Shown here: one piece after another, positions 21,535 through 29,868 of the stretch
Layout of the letters: each line of letters opens with the position of its first letter
Numbering within the stretch: the stretch's first letter is position 1
DNA from: Brevundimonas sp.
Lineage (GTDB): Bacteria > Pseudomonadota > Alphaproteobacteria > Caulobacterales > Caulobacteraceae
Direction of reading: 5' to 3'
NCBI RefSeq assembly: GCF_041688735.1
Contig: NZ_JBDNHO010000094.1
Span: 2,796 to 66,795, forward strand
DNA: 64,000 bases
Position numbers and translations under genes: made by a program
Notes under the pieces: model-generated
Seen by the model: the letters and a program-made list of their open reading frames with translations, nothing else
What the model was told of the DNA's origin: nothing
Database searches by the model: none

Positions 21535-22445
21535 GGCCCGGCGTAGCCGCCCGTTGGGCTGACCCACTCCCAGTGCCAGGGCTCATAGACATAAGGGACG
21601 AAGCCGAATCGGCCGGCGTTGCGGACCAGCCAGCGATACGTCGCGCCGCGCGTCATGTGCAGGCGGCTTGGGGGCGAGGTGTTGTCGACGCCCAGTCCCT
21701 CGATCTGACCAACATAGAGATCGACCGCCGTCCCGGTGCGGTGAGGCGAACAGACGGCGCGGCGCAGGCCGTCGCAATTGCCCTGGGCCGAGCAACGGGC
21801 GGCGTCGGCCTCTGGATCGCGGAAACCCGAGAAGATCTGCAGCAGTTCCGGGTCAGCCGCGATCTCCGGGACCTCCGCGCGGGCGGCGGCGATCATCCGG
21901 CGGTAGGCGTCCAGAACGTCGCGGCGTAGCAGGCGCGTCAGCCGGTCGGCATGCTCCTCGGACTCGACCAGATAGCCGAGCTGATAAAGGGGCGGCGGAT
22001 CGGGGCATGGCTCCTTGCGCACACGCGCCATGACGAAGGGTCGGGTTTCCTGCCAAAGACCGCGGAACACTTGGAACGTGGCCTGGTCGAAGATTCCACT
22101 CGCCGGCAATTGGTACGCCGTCTGGAATTCGGACAGGGCCCGCGCGAAGTCAGGTGAAATCGCGACACAGTCGGTTCCCAGCGTCTTCTGGATCAGCGGG
22201 ACATAGGTCTCCCATCCCCATTCCACCGCTCCGAACGGCGACCATTCCAGCGAGTACAGGGAAATGCCGTTGGAGAAGGCCGGGCCGCCCCAGGCCGCGG
22301 TGTGAAAGTCGCACTGGCCTTGCTGACTCTGCGATTGCGCCGCCGCCTCACCACCCGCAAGAAGGGCGAGGGCGGCGCTCAGCGGCAGGAGGGCGCGGGG
22401 CAGTGACATGTTGTGAGGGTGACCCCAGCCGTGTGTTCGCCGCAA
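21531..22445 (-). CDS. Secreted peptidase M15 family protein (VanY / D-Ala-D-Ala carboxypeptidase-like) with a PG-binding-like region
   Basis: Signal peptide (LPLSAALALLAGGEAAA). Zinc-ligand motifs SGFRDP, HRTGTAVD (HxxGxAxD) and EPWHWEW. Confidence 0.8.
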   Translation of the reverse strand: MRRTHGWGHPHNMSLPRALLPLSAALALLAGGEAAAQSQSQQGQCDFHTAAWGGPAFSNGISLYSLEWSPFGAVEWGWETYVPLIQKTLGTDCVAISPDFARALSEFQTAYQLPASGIFDQATFQVFRGLWQETRPFVMARVRKEPCPDPPPLYQLGYLVESEEHADRLTRLLRRDVLDAYRRMIAAARAEVPEIAADPELLQIFSGFRDPEADAARCSAQGNCDGLRRAVCSPHRTGTAVDLYVGQIEGLGVDNTSPPSRLHMTRGATYRWLVRNAGRFGFVPYVYEPWHWEWVSPTGGYAGP

Positions 22446-22551
22446 GGCCTTTAGGCGACCGCTTTAACCGAAGCTTCGCGGCTCGCGTGTCGAGCGTAAA
22501 ATCGGCATGGTGCAGCCACGGTCGACTCGGGCCGGATCGCCGGACCCGACC

Positions 22552-23973
22552 ATGACCGACGCCCCGACCGCTCCGCGCCGCAGCAACGGCGTTCTGGCCG
22601 CCTTCTCCGCCGCCTGCCTGCCCTATGCCGCGCTCGGCCTGCCGGTCTATGTCACCCTGCCCGAGTTCTACGCCAGCCATGTCGGCGTCGACCTGGCTGT
22701 GGTCGGTCTGGTGTTCCTGCTTATCCGCATGGCCGACATCGTCATCGATCCGGCCCTCGGCATGGTCATCGACCGCACCCACAGCCGCTTCGGCCGCTAC
22801 CGCCTGTGGATGGGGCTGGCGGCACCGGTGCTGATGCTGGCAGTGGGCATGCTTTTCATGGCCCGACCAGGGGCCGGACCAGCCTATCTGACGCTGTGGC
22901 TGGTGGTGCTGTCGCTGGGCTTTTCGGTCAGCCTGCTGTCCCAGATCAGTTGGGCCTCGGCCCTGTCCTCCGACTATAACCAGCGGTCGCGAATCTACGG
23001 CTGGTGGCAGACCGCCAACATCATCGGGGTGCTCGCGGTGCTGATGATCCCGGTGCTCGTGCAGAACCTCGGGCTCGGCGACTATGCCCGCGCGGTGCAG
23101 TGGCAGGGGTGGTTCATCATCATCGCCCTGCCCGTCGCCCTGGCCGTGACCTTCGCCTTCACGCCCGAGCCGCCGCCCGGTCCACCGGCCTCGGCCGGGA
23201 ACCGCTTTGGCTATCTGGCCCTGTTCCGCCGTCCGGTGATCCAGCGCCTTCTGGGTGCGGACCTGGCCCTGGGCGTCGCGCGCGGGGTGGTCGGGGCCCT
23301 GTTCTTCTATTTCTTCGAGGCCGCCCGCGGCTTCGAGCGCGCCGAGACCTCGATCCTGCTGCTGGTCTATTTCGTCTTCGGCCTGTTCGGCGCGCCGGTG
23401 TGGAGCTGGCTGGCGGTGAAGCTGGGCAAGCACCGGGCGCTGATCTGGGCCTGCGTCTATTTCGCGGTCACCCTGATGTTCGCCGCCTTCCTGGCCCCGG
23501 TTCTGGTCGGTCCGGCGCAGTCCGGGCTGGAGGCCTTGACCGGCGCCCCGGCCCCCTATGCCGACCTGCTGATGGCCGGGGTCATGGTCGCCCTGGTCGG
23601 TCTGGCCTTCGCCTCGGGCGACCTGCTGCTGCGGGCGATGATGGCCGACGTCAGCGATCAGGTGCGGCTGGATGACGGTGCCGACCGCACCGGCCTGCTG
23701 TTCTCGATCCTCACCGCCACCTCCAAACTGGGCTATGCCGTTTCGGTGCTGACTTTTGCCGGCCTGCAGATGGTCGGGTTCGACCCGGCCGTCGGCGGAC
23801 AAAACTCGAGCCAGGCCCTGATGTGGCTGCAGATCATGTTCGCCGGCCTGCCGGCCCTGTGTCTGCTGCTGGCGGCGCTGGCGCTGCACCGCTATCCGCT
23901 GGATCAGGCGCGGCATGCCGAAATCCGAGCCGCCCTCGAAGCGCGCGCAACGACTCCGCAGGGGGGTTCATGA
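22552..23973 (+). CDS. MFS transporter (GPH / glycoside-pentoside-hexuronide symporter-like)
   Basis: About 12 TM segments, with the DPALGMVIDRTHSRFGRYRLW motif typical of the GPH family. Confidence 0.85.
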   Translation: MTDAPTAPRRSNGVLAAFSAACLPYAALGLPVYVTLPEFYASHVGVDLAVVGLVFLLIRMADIVIDPALGMVIDRTHSRFGRYRLWMGLAAPVLMLAVGMLFMARPGAGPAYLTLWLVVLSLGFSVSLLSQISWASALSSDYNQRSRIYGWWQTANIIGVLAVLMIPVLVQNLGLGDYARAVQWQGWFIIIALPVALAVTFAFTPEPPPGPPASAGNRFGYLALFRRPVIQRLLGADLALGVARGVVGALFFYFFEAARGFERAETSILLLVYFVFGLFGAPVWSWLAVKLGKHRALIWACVYFAVTLMFAAFLAPVLVGPAQSGLEALTGAPAPYADLLMAGVMVALVGLAFASGDLLLRAMMADVSDQVRLDDGADRTGLLFSILTATSKLGYAVSVLTFAGLQMVGFDPAVGGQNSSQALMWLQIMFAGLPALCLLLAALALHRYPLDQARHAEIRAALEARATTPQGGS

Positions 23974-24782
23974 CCGACGCCCGGCCACGCCCCATCGACC
24001 GCCTGAACGCTATCATGGCGCGGCTGCGCGACCCGGTCGGCGGCTGCCCGTGGGACGTGGAGCAGACCTTCGCCACCATCGCCCCCTACACCCTGGAAGA
24101 AACCTATGAGGTCGCCGACGCCATCGAGCGCGGCGACATGACCGATCTCGAAAGTGAACTGGGCGACCTGCTGTTCCAGGTCGTCTTCCATGCCCGCATG
24201 GCCGAGGAACAGGGGCTGTTCGGCTTCGACGATGTGGCCAATTCCATCGCCGACAAGCTGGAGCAGCGCCATCCGCACGTGTTCCCAAAGGACGGGCAAC
24301 TCGAGGCCGCCAAACCCGACGGCGTGACCCAGAAGGCGCGCTGGGAAGACATCAAGGCCGCCGAACGCGTGGCCAAAGCCCAGCACGGCGTGCTGGACGA
24401 CGTCCCCGTCGGCCTGCCCGCCCTCGCCCGCGCCGCCAAACTGACCAAACGCGCCGCCCGCGTCGGCTTTGACTGGCCCTCGACCGACGAGGTGTTCGAA
24501 AAGCTGCAAGAGGAGGTGGCGGAACTGCGCGTCGAGATCGCCGCCGGGGATCTGGACAAGGCCCGCGACGAGGTCGGCGACCTGCTGTTCGTGGTGGCCA
24601 ATCTGGCGCGCAAACTGGGGGTCGAGCCGGAGGATGCACTGCGCGGGGCCAATGCCAAATTCTTGCGCCGGTTCGGGTTCATTGAGGCGGAACTGGCCAA
24701 GGACGGGCGGACGCCGGAACAGTCCGATCTGGCCGAAATGGACGGGCTTTGGGACGCGGCGAAGGCGGCGGAGCGGACGTAA
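23970..24782 (+). CDS. mazG: Nucleoside triphosphate pyrophosphohydrolase MazG
   Basis: Tandem MazG domains (CPWDVEQTFATIAPYTLEETYEVADAI and EEVAELRVEI...EVGDLLF). Its ATG overlaps the MFS gene stop. Confidence 0.9.
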   Translation: MTDARPRPIDRLNAIMARLRDPVGGCPWDVEQTFATIAPYTLEETYEVADAIERGDMTDLESELGDLLFQVVFHARMAEEQGLFGFDDVANSIADKLEQRHPHVFPKDGQLEAAKPDGVTQKARWEDIKAAERVAKAQHGVLDDVPVGLPALARAAKLTKRAARVGFDWPSTDEVFEKLQEEVAELRVEIAAGDLDKARDEVGDLLFVVANLARKLGVEPEDALRGANAKFLRRFGFIEAELAKDGRTPEQSDLAEMDGLWDAAKAAERT

Positions 24783-24960
24783 CCCCTCTCCCGGGGGGAG
24801 AGGGCTTGAGCGCACGGCGTAGCCGTCGTTCTGGCGCGAAAGGGTGAGGGTCGGCTGTGTCCGCCGTCCCTGCGACGGCTTACGCCGAAGGCCACACCCG
24901 ACCCTCATCCGTCTCGCTACGCGAGCCACCTTCTCCCAATGGGAGAAGGGATTCTGAATG
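24783..24960. repeat. Cluster of GC-rich REP/MITE-like hairpin repeats
   Basis: Hairpins CCCTCTCCC-GGG-GGGAGAGGG (24784-24804) and CCTTCTCCCAATGGGAGAAGG (about 24929-24949). There are also interleaved inverted repeats: GGCGTAGCCGTCG / CGACGGCTTACGCC and GGGTGAGGGTCGG / CCGACCCTCATCC. Confidence 0.55.
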
Positions 24961-25500
24961 CGAATCGGACTCAGAAAAAACCGGGTGCAAGGAGTCCAAT
25001 TCCTGAAGCACTGCGTTTGAACCTTCGGTCACCGCGTTCAACTTGTTGACTTTCTTACTCTCTACAACGATCATGGTCAGCGGTTCGCGACTGGACTCAA
25101 TCCGGGGCGTCACGATGTCGGGCAACTCCGCCATGACGTGCGCGCGGGCGCGGTCGGCGAGCTTGTCGTAGACGCGCAGCCAGGTCGAGGCCTCGGACGC
25201 GCGGCCCATGCCCAGGGCGCGGCGGATGTTCAGGAAGGCCTCTTCTGCCAGATCGGCGAAGCTGACGGCGTCGTCGGGATGATATTCACCGGCCTCGGGC
25301 GGCGCGTCGCACACGGGCTGATCCATCCGCCGCCAGCCCCCGACCCGCGCATGCAGCCGAAACGAACTGAGCGACATGCCATACCGCTGGCAAATGTGCG
25401 TCGCCTTCACGCCTGCGAGATACTCCCGCCTGGCATGGTCCCAGTAGGTGCCGCCGAGGCCGTCGAGGTCGTCGGGATTGATCTGCGTGCTCATCGACAT
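24880..25500 (-). CDS. Hypothetical protein with a possible N-terminal helix-turn-helix; the C-terminal tail is probably read-through into non-coding repeats
   Basis: 206-aa ORF. The N-terminal roughly 130 codons show normal high GC3 and the HTH-like segment VKATHICQRYGMSLSSFRLHA. GC3 drops over the last roughly 70 codons, and the final codons lie in the repeat cluster. Confidence 0.5.
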   Translation of the reverse strand: MSMSTQINPDDLDGLGGTYWDHARREYLAGVKATHICQRYGMSLSSFRLHARVGGWRRMDQPVCDAPPEAGEYHPDDAVSFADLAEEAFLNIRRALGMGRASEASTWLRVYDKLADRARAHVMAELPDIVTPRIESSREPLTMIVVESKKVNKLNAVTEGSNAVLQELDSLHPVFSESDSHSESLLPLGEGGSRSETDEGRVWPSA

Positions 25501-25788
25501 GGGGACAGCCTGACATGCGCCTACGGCAGAAACGGTCGTGGGGGCGGGTTCCCGGGAGAAAATGAGGCAAGTGGCCGCTGCATGGTCGGCTTGTGGCCTG
25601 GTTCATCCAGAATGCGGTTGGGCTGCGGGGCGTTCATGTGCGTCTTCGGCCGCAGGCCGAACAGGACGGATGGGGGAATTTTCGTGTTGAGGGCAAAGCA
25701 GGCAAGCAAAACTTCCCCCGTCGGTCCTGGATGACTGCGCGATCGACGGACCGCTTTCCTCCATGAATGATGGGGAAGGGCTAGCCGC

Positions 25789-27147
25789 CTAGCCGAACTG
25801 CCGCTCGAACCGCCCCAGCGCCGCCGGGTGCAGGCGCACCGTCACATGCGTCCGGCCCGCGGCGTCCGTCTCGCGCCCGGTCACCCGTCCGTTCTCGTAG
25901 AGCCAGGCCAGCGCCTCGCCCTTTGACGGGTCCAGCACCAGTTCGGTCTCCGGGTCGTCGTCGATCAGGCCGGCGATGACCTCGCGCAGGGCCTCGACCC
26001 CCTCCCCGGTCCAGGCCGAGACGGCGACCGCCTTGCCTTCGCGGGCCAGGCGTTCGGCCTGGCCCAGCACGGCCTCGCGCACGTCCTCGGCCAGCAGGTC
26101 GGTCTTGTTCCAGACCTCCAGCACACGGCGGGTCTTTCCCTCCGGCGTCTCGATCTGTTTCAGCACCGCCTCGACGTCCCTGGACTGGGCTTCGCTGTCG
26201 GCGCTGGCGATGTCGCGGACGTGCAGGATCAGGTCGGCCTCACCCACCTCTTCCAGCGTGGCGCGGAAGCTTTCGACCAGTTCGTGAGGCAGGTCGGAGA
26301 TGAAGCCGACGGTGTCGGCCACGATGGCCGGCCGGCCCTGTGGCAGACGGATCGTCCGCTGGGTCGTGTCGAGAGTGGCGAACAGCAGGTCCTTGGCCAC
26401 CACGTCCGAGCCGGTCAGCCGGTTGAACAGGGTCGACTTGCCGGCGTTGGTGTAGCCGACCAGGGCGATCGACGGGAACGGGACCTTCTGGCGCTGTTTG
26501 CGGTGCAGACCCCGCGTCCGGCGCACGTCGTCCAGCTCGACCTTCAGCTTGACGATCCGGTCGGCGATCAGGCGGCGGTCGAGTTCGATCTGGGTCTCGC
26601 CGGGGCCGCCCGTACTTCCGGTGCCGCCGCGTTGCCGCTCAAGGTGGGTCCAGGTGCGCACCAGCCGCGACTTCTCATAGTCCAGCCGGGCCAGTTCGAC
26701 CTGCAGACGGCCTTCCTTGGTCCGGGCGCGGCGGCCGAAGATCTCGAGGATCAGGCCGGTGCGGTCGATGACCTTGCAGTCCCAGGCCTTTTCCAGATTG
26801 CGCTGCTGCACAGGCGACAGGTCGTCGTCGACGACCACGGCCTCGGCCTCGGCGGCGCGCACCAGGGCGGCCAGTTCCTCGACCTTGCCGGTGCCGAACA
26901 GGGTCGCGGGCGTAGGCTTGCGGACGCGTACGATCTCATCGGCGCGGACGTCGAGGTCCAGCGCCCGGGCCAGGCCGACGGCCTCTTCCAGACGTTCGAC
27001 GGACTGACGCGAACTCTCGCTCGCGCCGAAGCCGGAGCGTTCGGGATGGATGACGACGGCCCGGATCAGGGGAACGGCGTGGTCGATGTGTTTGGAAGTC
27101 AGGGCCTGGGTCTCTGCGGGCTTTGGGTGAGGAATGCTAGTGAGCAA
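25789..27147 (-). CDS. hflX: GTPase HflX
   Basis: G-domain motifs VGYTNAGKSTLFN, DTVGF and NKTD, in the conserved position after hfq. The start is uncertain: the longest ORF starts at a TTG inside a large hairpin. Confidence 0.9.
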   Translation of the reverse strand: MLTSIPHPKPAETQALTSKHIDHAVPLIRAVVIHPERSGFGASESSRQSVERLEEAVGLARALDLDVRADEIVRVRKPTPATLFGTGKVEELAALVRAAEAEAVVVDDDLSPVQQRNLEKAWDCKVIDRTGLILEIFGRRARTKEGRLQVELARLDYEKSRLVRTWTHLERQRGGTGSTGGPGETQIELDRRLIADRIVKLKVELDDVRRTRGLHRKQRQKVPFPSIALVGYTNAGKSTLFNRLTGSDVVAKDLLFATLDTTQRTIRLPQGRPAIVADTVGFISDLPHELVESFRATLEEVGEADLILHVRDIASADSEAQSRDVEAVLKQIETPEGKTRRVLEVWNKTDLLAEDVREAVLGQAERLAREGKAVAVSAWTGEGVEALREVIAGLIDDDPETELVLDPSKGEALAWLYENGRVTGRETDAAGRTHVTVRLHPAALGRFERQFG

Positions 27148-27197
27148 GAGGTGAGCAAGGATGGTGGCCGCCGCGGCTCACCTCCTGCTCACTAGCA
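27135..27197 (-). promoter_or_regulatory. Long perfect RNA hairpin at the hfq-hflX junction
   Basis: Arms 27136-27156 and 27176-27196 are complementary over 21 nt. The single non-Watson-Crick position is a G-U pair on the minus-strand transcript but an A-C mismatch on the plus strand. The loop is 19 nt, and the arms are built from repeated GTGAGC units. Confidence 0.6.
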
Positions 27198-27218
27198 CTT
27201 TTCACGTCGGGCAACCGG

Positions 27219-27464
27219 TCAGTCCTCATCCGCCTCCGGCTCGTACATCTGCACGGGCACCGACGGCATGATGGTCGAGATGGCGTGCTTGTAGACCAGC
27301 TGGGCCTGGCCGTCGCGACGCAGCAGGACGCAGAAATTGTCGAACCAGGTCACGATGCCCTGCAACTTGACCCCGTTGACCAGGAAGATGGTCAGCGGCG
27401 TCTTTGTCTTGCGGACGCTGTTGAGGAAGGTGTCCTGAAGGTTTTTGGACTTGTCTTGCGACAT
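27219..27464 (-). CDS. hfq: RNA chaperone Hfq
   Basis: [44 protein letters not shown]...[10 protein letters not shown]. The ATG at 27464 gives 81 aa. Confidence 0.97.
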   Translation of the reverse strand: MSQDKSKNLQDTFLNSVRKTKTPLTIFLVNGVKLQGIVTWFDNFCVLLRRDGQAQLVYKHAISTIMPSVPVQMYEPEADED

Positions 27465-27583
27465 GGCAGGTTCAGCCTGTTCTTGCTTGTTCTCCGGCCG
27501 AGGGAGCGGCGCGGGGCTGGATCGGATGTCCGGCGATCTCAGCATAAGCGTCAGCGCCGGGTGATCAAATTCATTCCGCCAGG

Positions 27584-28447
27584 TCAGACCGCGTCGCGTT
27601 TCGCCTGATCCAGATACAGGGTCCGCAGGCGGACCGTGATCGGGCCCGGCTTGCCGTTGCCGATCTTGACTCCGTCGATCGACACCGCCGGCATGACGAA
27701 GGCACCGGCGGCGGTGAAGAAGGCCTCTTTCGCCCGCTTGGCCTCATCGACGCTGAACGGCCGTTCGTCCAGTTCGACCCCCTCCGCCTCAATCAAGGCC
27801 ATGATCGCCGTGCGAGTGATGCCTTTCAGGATGTTGGCCTGGGTGTCCCGCGTCCGCAGCTTGCCGTTCTCGTCGACGATCCAAGCGTTGGTCGATGAGC
27901 CCTCGGTGACCAGCCCCATCTCGTCGACCATCCATGCCTCATAGGCACCGCGCTCGCGGGCAGCCTGTTTGGCCAGAACATTGGGCAAAAGGCCCACGGT
28001 CTTGATGTCGCAGCGGCCCCAGCGGATGTCGGGCACGGTGACGACGGCCACGCCCCTTTTCGCCGTCGCTTCGCTAAGGGCCGCGCTGATGGATTTCGCC
28101 GTGACGACGACGCTGGGCGGCGTACCCTCGGCCGGGAAGGGATGGTCGCGCCGCGCCGTTCCGCGCGTGACCTGCAGATAGACGATGCCGTCGCGGACCC
28201 GGTTGCGCCGGACGGTCTCCTTCAGCACCCGCGTCAGGGCTTCGCCGCTCATCGGAATGTCGATCCGCAGCTCGGTCAGACTGCGGTGCAGACGCGTCAT
28301 GTGACCGTCGAAGTCGGCCAGTCGACCGTCGAACACCGACCAGACCTCGTAGACGCCGTCGGCGAACTGGAAGCCACGATCCTCGACATGGATCGTGGCC
28401 TGGCCGTGCGCCACGTACTGGCCATTGACGTAGGCGACGCGGCTCAT
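27584..28447 (-). CDS. D-amino-acid transaminase (class IV aminotransferase)
   Basis: 287 aa with [14 protein letters not shown] and the catalytic-Lys region [15 protein letters not shown]. There is a 4-nt overlap with the ntrX stop. Confidence 0.85.
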   Translation of the reverse strand: MSRVAYVNGQYVAHGQATIHVEDRGFQFADGVYEVWSVFDGRLADFDGHMTRLHRSLTELRIDIPMSGEALTRVLKETVRRNRVRDGIVYLQVTRGTARRDHPFPAEGTPPSVVVTAKSISAALSEATAKRGVAVVTVPDIRWGRCDIKTVGLLPNVLAKQAARERGAYEAWMVDEMGLVTEGSSTNAWIVDENGKLRTRDTQANILKGITRTAIMALIEAEGVELDERPFSVDEAKRAKEAFFTAAGAFVMPAVSIDGVKIGNGKPGPITVRLRTLYLDQAKRDAV

Positions 28448-29859
28448 GCCCCGACGATCTCCTCGATGTCCTCGTCGCCGCCGCGCGCCGGGGACACGCC
28501 CAGCGACTTCAGCTTGCGGTGCAGAGCCGACCTCTCCATGCCGATGAAAGCCGCCGTGCGCGAGATGTTGCCGCCGAAGCGCATGATCTGGGCCGTGAGA
28601 TAATCACGCTCGAAGACCTCTCGGGCCTCGCGCAGCGGCAGGGCGATGATCCGCTCGGTGCCCAGCGTTCCCGTCGAATTGGCGTTGGTCGCCTCCTGCG
28701 GCAGCATGTCGGCGCTGATCGGCTCATTGACGTCGCCGGTGGCCAGGATCAGCAGCCGCTCGACATTGTTGCGCAGCTGACGAACGTTGCCCGGCCAGGG
28801 ATGCACCTGCAGCACGGCGATGGCGTCGTCGCCCAGTCGTCTCCTGGTCAGCCCTTGCGACGCCGACAGGGTGTCGATGAAATACTCGACCAGCTCGACA
28901 ATGTCCTCGCGCCGTTCCGACAGGGCCGGCACGCGGATCGGCACGACATTCAGGCGGTGGAACAGGTCCTCGCGGAACCGCCCTTCGGTGATCTCGTGTT
29001 TCAGGTCGCGGGAGGTCGAGGTCACGACGCGCACGTCGACCTGCACGTCCTGTTCGCCACCGACGCGGCGGAACCGCTGCTCGACAAGCACGCGCAGGAT
29101 ACGGCTCTGGCTCTCGCGCGGCATGTCGCCGACGTCGTCGAGATACAGGGTGCCATTGTGCGCGCGCTCGAAGACACCGATCTTGCGCGGGCGGCCGTCG
29201 TGTCCTTCCTCGCCGAACAGCTCCAGGTCCAGGCGTTCGGGCGTCATGCCGGCGGCGGCGATGGCGACAAACTCCCCGCGCGAACGGGCGCTGGCCTCGT
29301 GGATCTGACGCGCGACCAGCTCCTTGCCCGATCCCGGCGGGCCGGAAACCAGCACACGGCTGTTGGCCGGCGCGACCTTGGCGATGGTGTTGCGCAGGGT
29401 TTGGGCGGCGGTGGAGCGTCCGATGAAGCCGGTCGGCGCCGCGACCTGAGCCCGCAGCCGTCGGTTCTCTCGCTTCAACGCCGTGGCTTCCAGCGCGCGC
29501 TGCACGACGACAACCAACCGATCGGATTTGAAAGGCTTTTCGATGAAATCATAAGCGCCGCGCTGCAGCGCCGTGACTGCCGTCTCGATATTGCCGTGAC
29601 CCGAGATCATCACGACCGGCAGATCGGGGTCCAGAGCCTTGATGACATCCAGAAGCTCAAGGCCGTCCAGCCCTCCGCCCTGCATCCAGATGTCCAGCAG
29701 CGCCAGCGACGGCTTGCGCGCCCGGATCGCCGCCAGCGCCTCGTCGGAGTTTGACGCCACACGCACGGCGTGGCCCTCGTCCTCCAGCAGGCCCGAGACC
29801 AGCTCGCGGATATCCGCCTCGTCGTCGACGACCAGAATGTCGGCTCCCGTGGATCGCAT
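28444..29859 (-). CDS. ntrX: Sigma-54-interaction-domain response regulator NtrX
   Basis: Receiver domain (ILVVDDEADIRE...LLDIWM), AAA+ domain (GPPGSGKELVA) and a C-terminal HTH. Confidence 0.9.
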   Translation of the reverse strand: MRSTGADILVVDDEADIRELVSGLLEDEGHAVRVASNSDEALAAIRARKPSLALLDIWMQGGGLDGLELLDVIKALDPDLPVVMISGHGNIETAVTALQRGAYDFIEKPFKSDRLVVVVQRALEATALKRENRRLRAQVAAPTGFIGRSTAAQTLRNTIAKVAPANSRVLVSGPPGSGKELVARQIHEASARSRGEFVAIAAAGMTPERLDLELFGEEGHDGRPRKIGVFERAHNGTLYLDDVGDMPRESQSRILRVLVEQRFRRVGGEQDVQVDVRVVTSTSRDLKHEITEGRFREDLFHRLNVVPIRVPALSERREDIVELVEYFIDTLSASQGLTRRRLGDDAIAVLQVHPWPGNVRQLRNNVERLLILATGDVNEPISADMLPQEATNANSTGTLGTERIIALPLREAREVFERDYLTAQIMRFGGNISRTAAFIGMERSALHRKLKSLGVSPARGGDEDIEEIVGA

Positions 29860-29868
29860 GACGCCTCG

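Noticed and set aside
25501-25788. Possible small RNA or small ORF (for example 25521-25709 minus, 62 aa) in the long spacer downstream of hflX.
   Set aside because: The ORF has poor codon bias and no family resemblance. Only short hairpins (TTCGGCC-GCA-GGCCGAA) are visible, with no terminator-like end. The evidence is insufficient.
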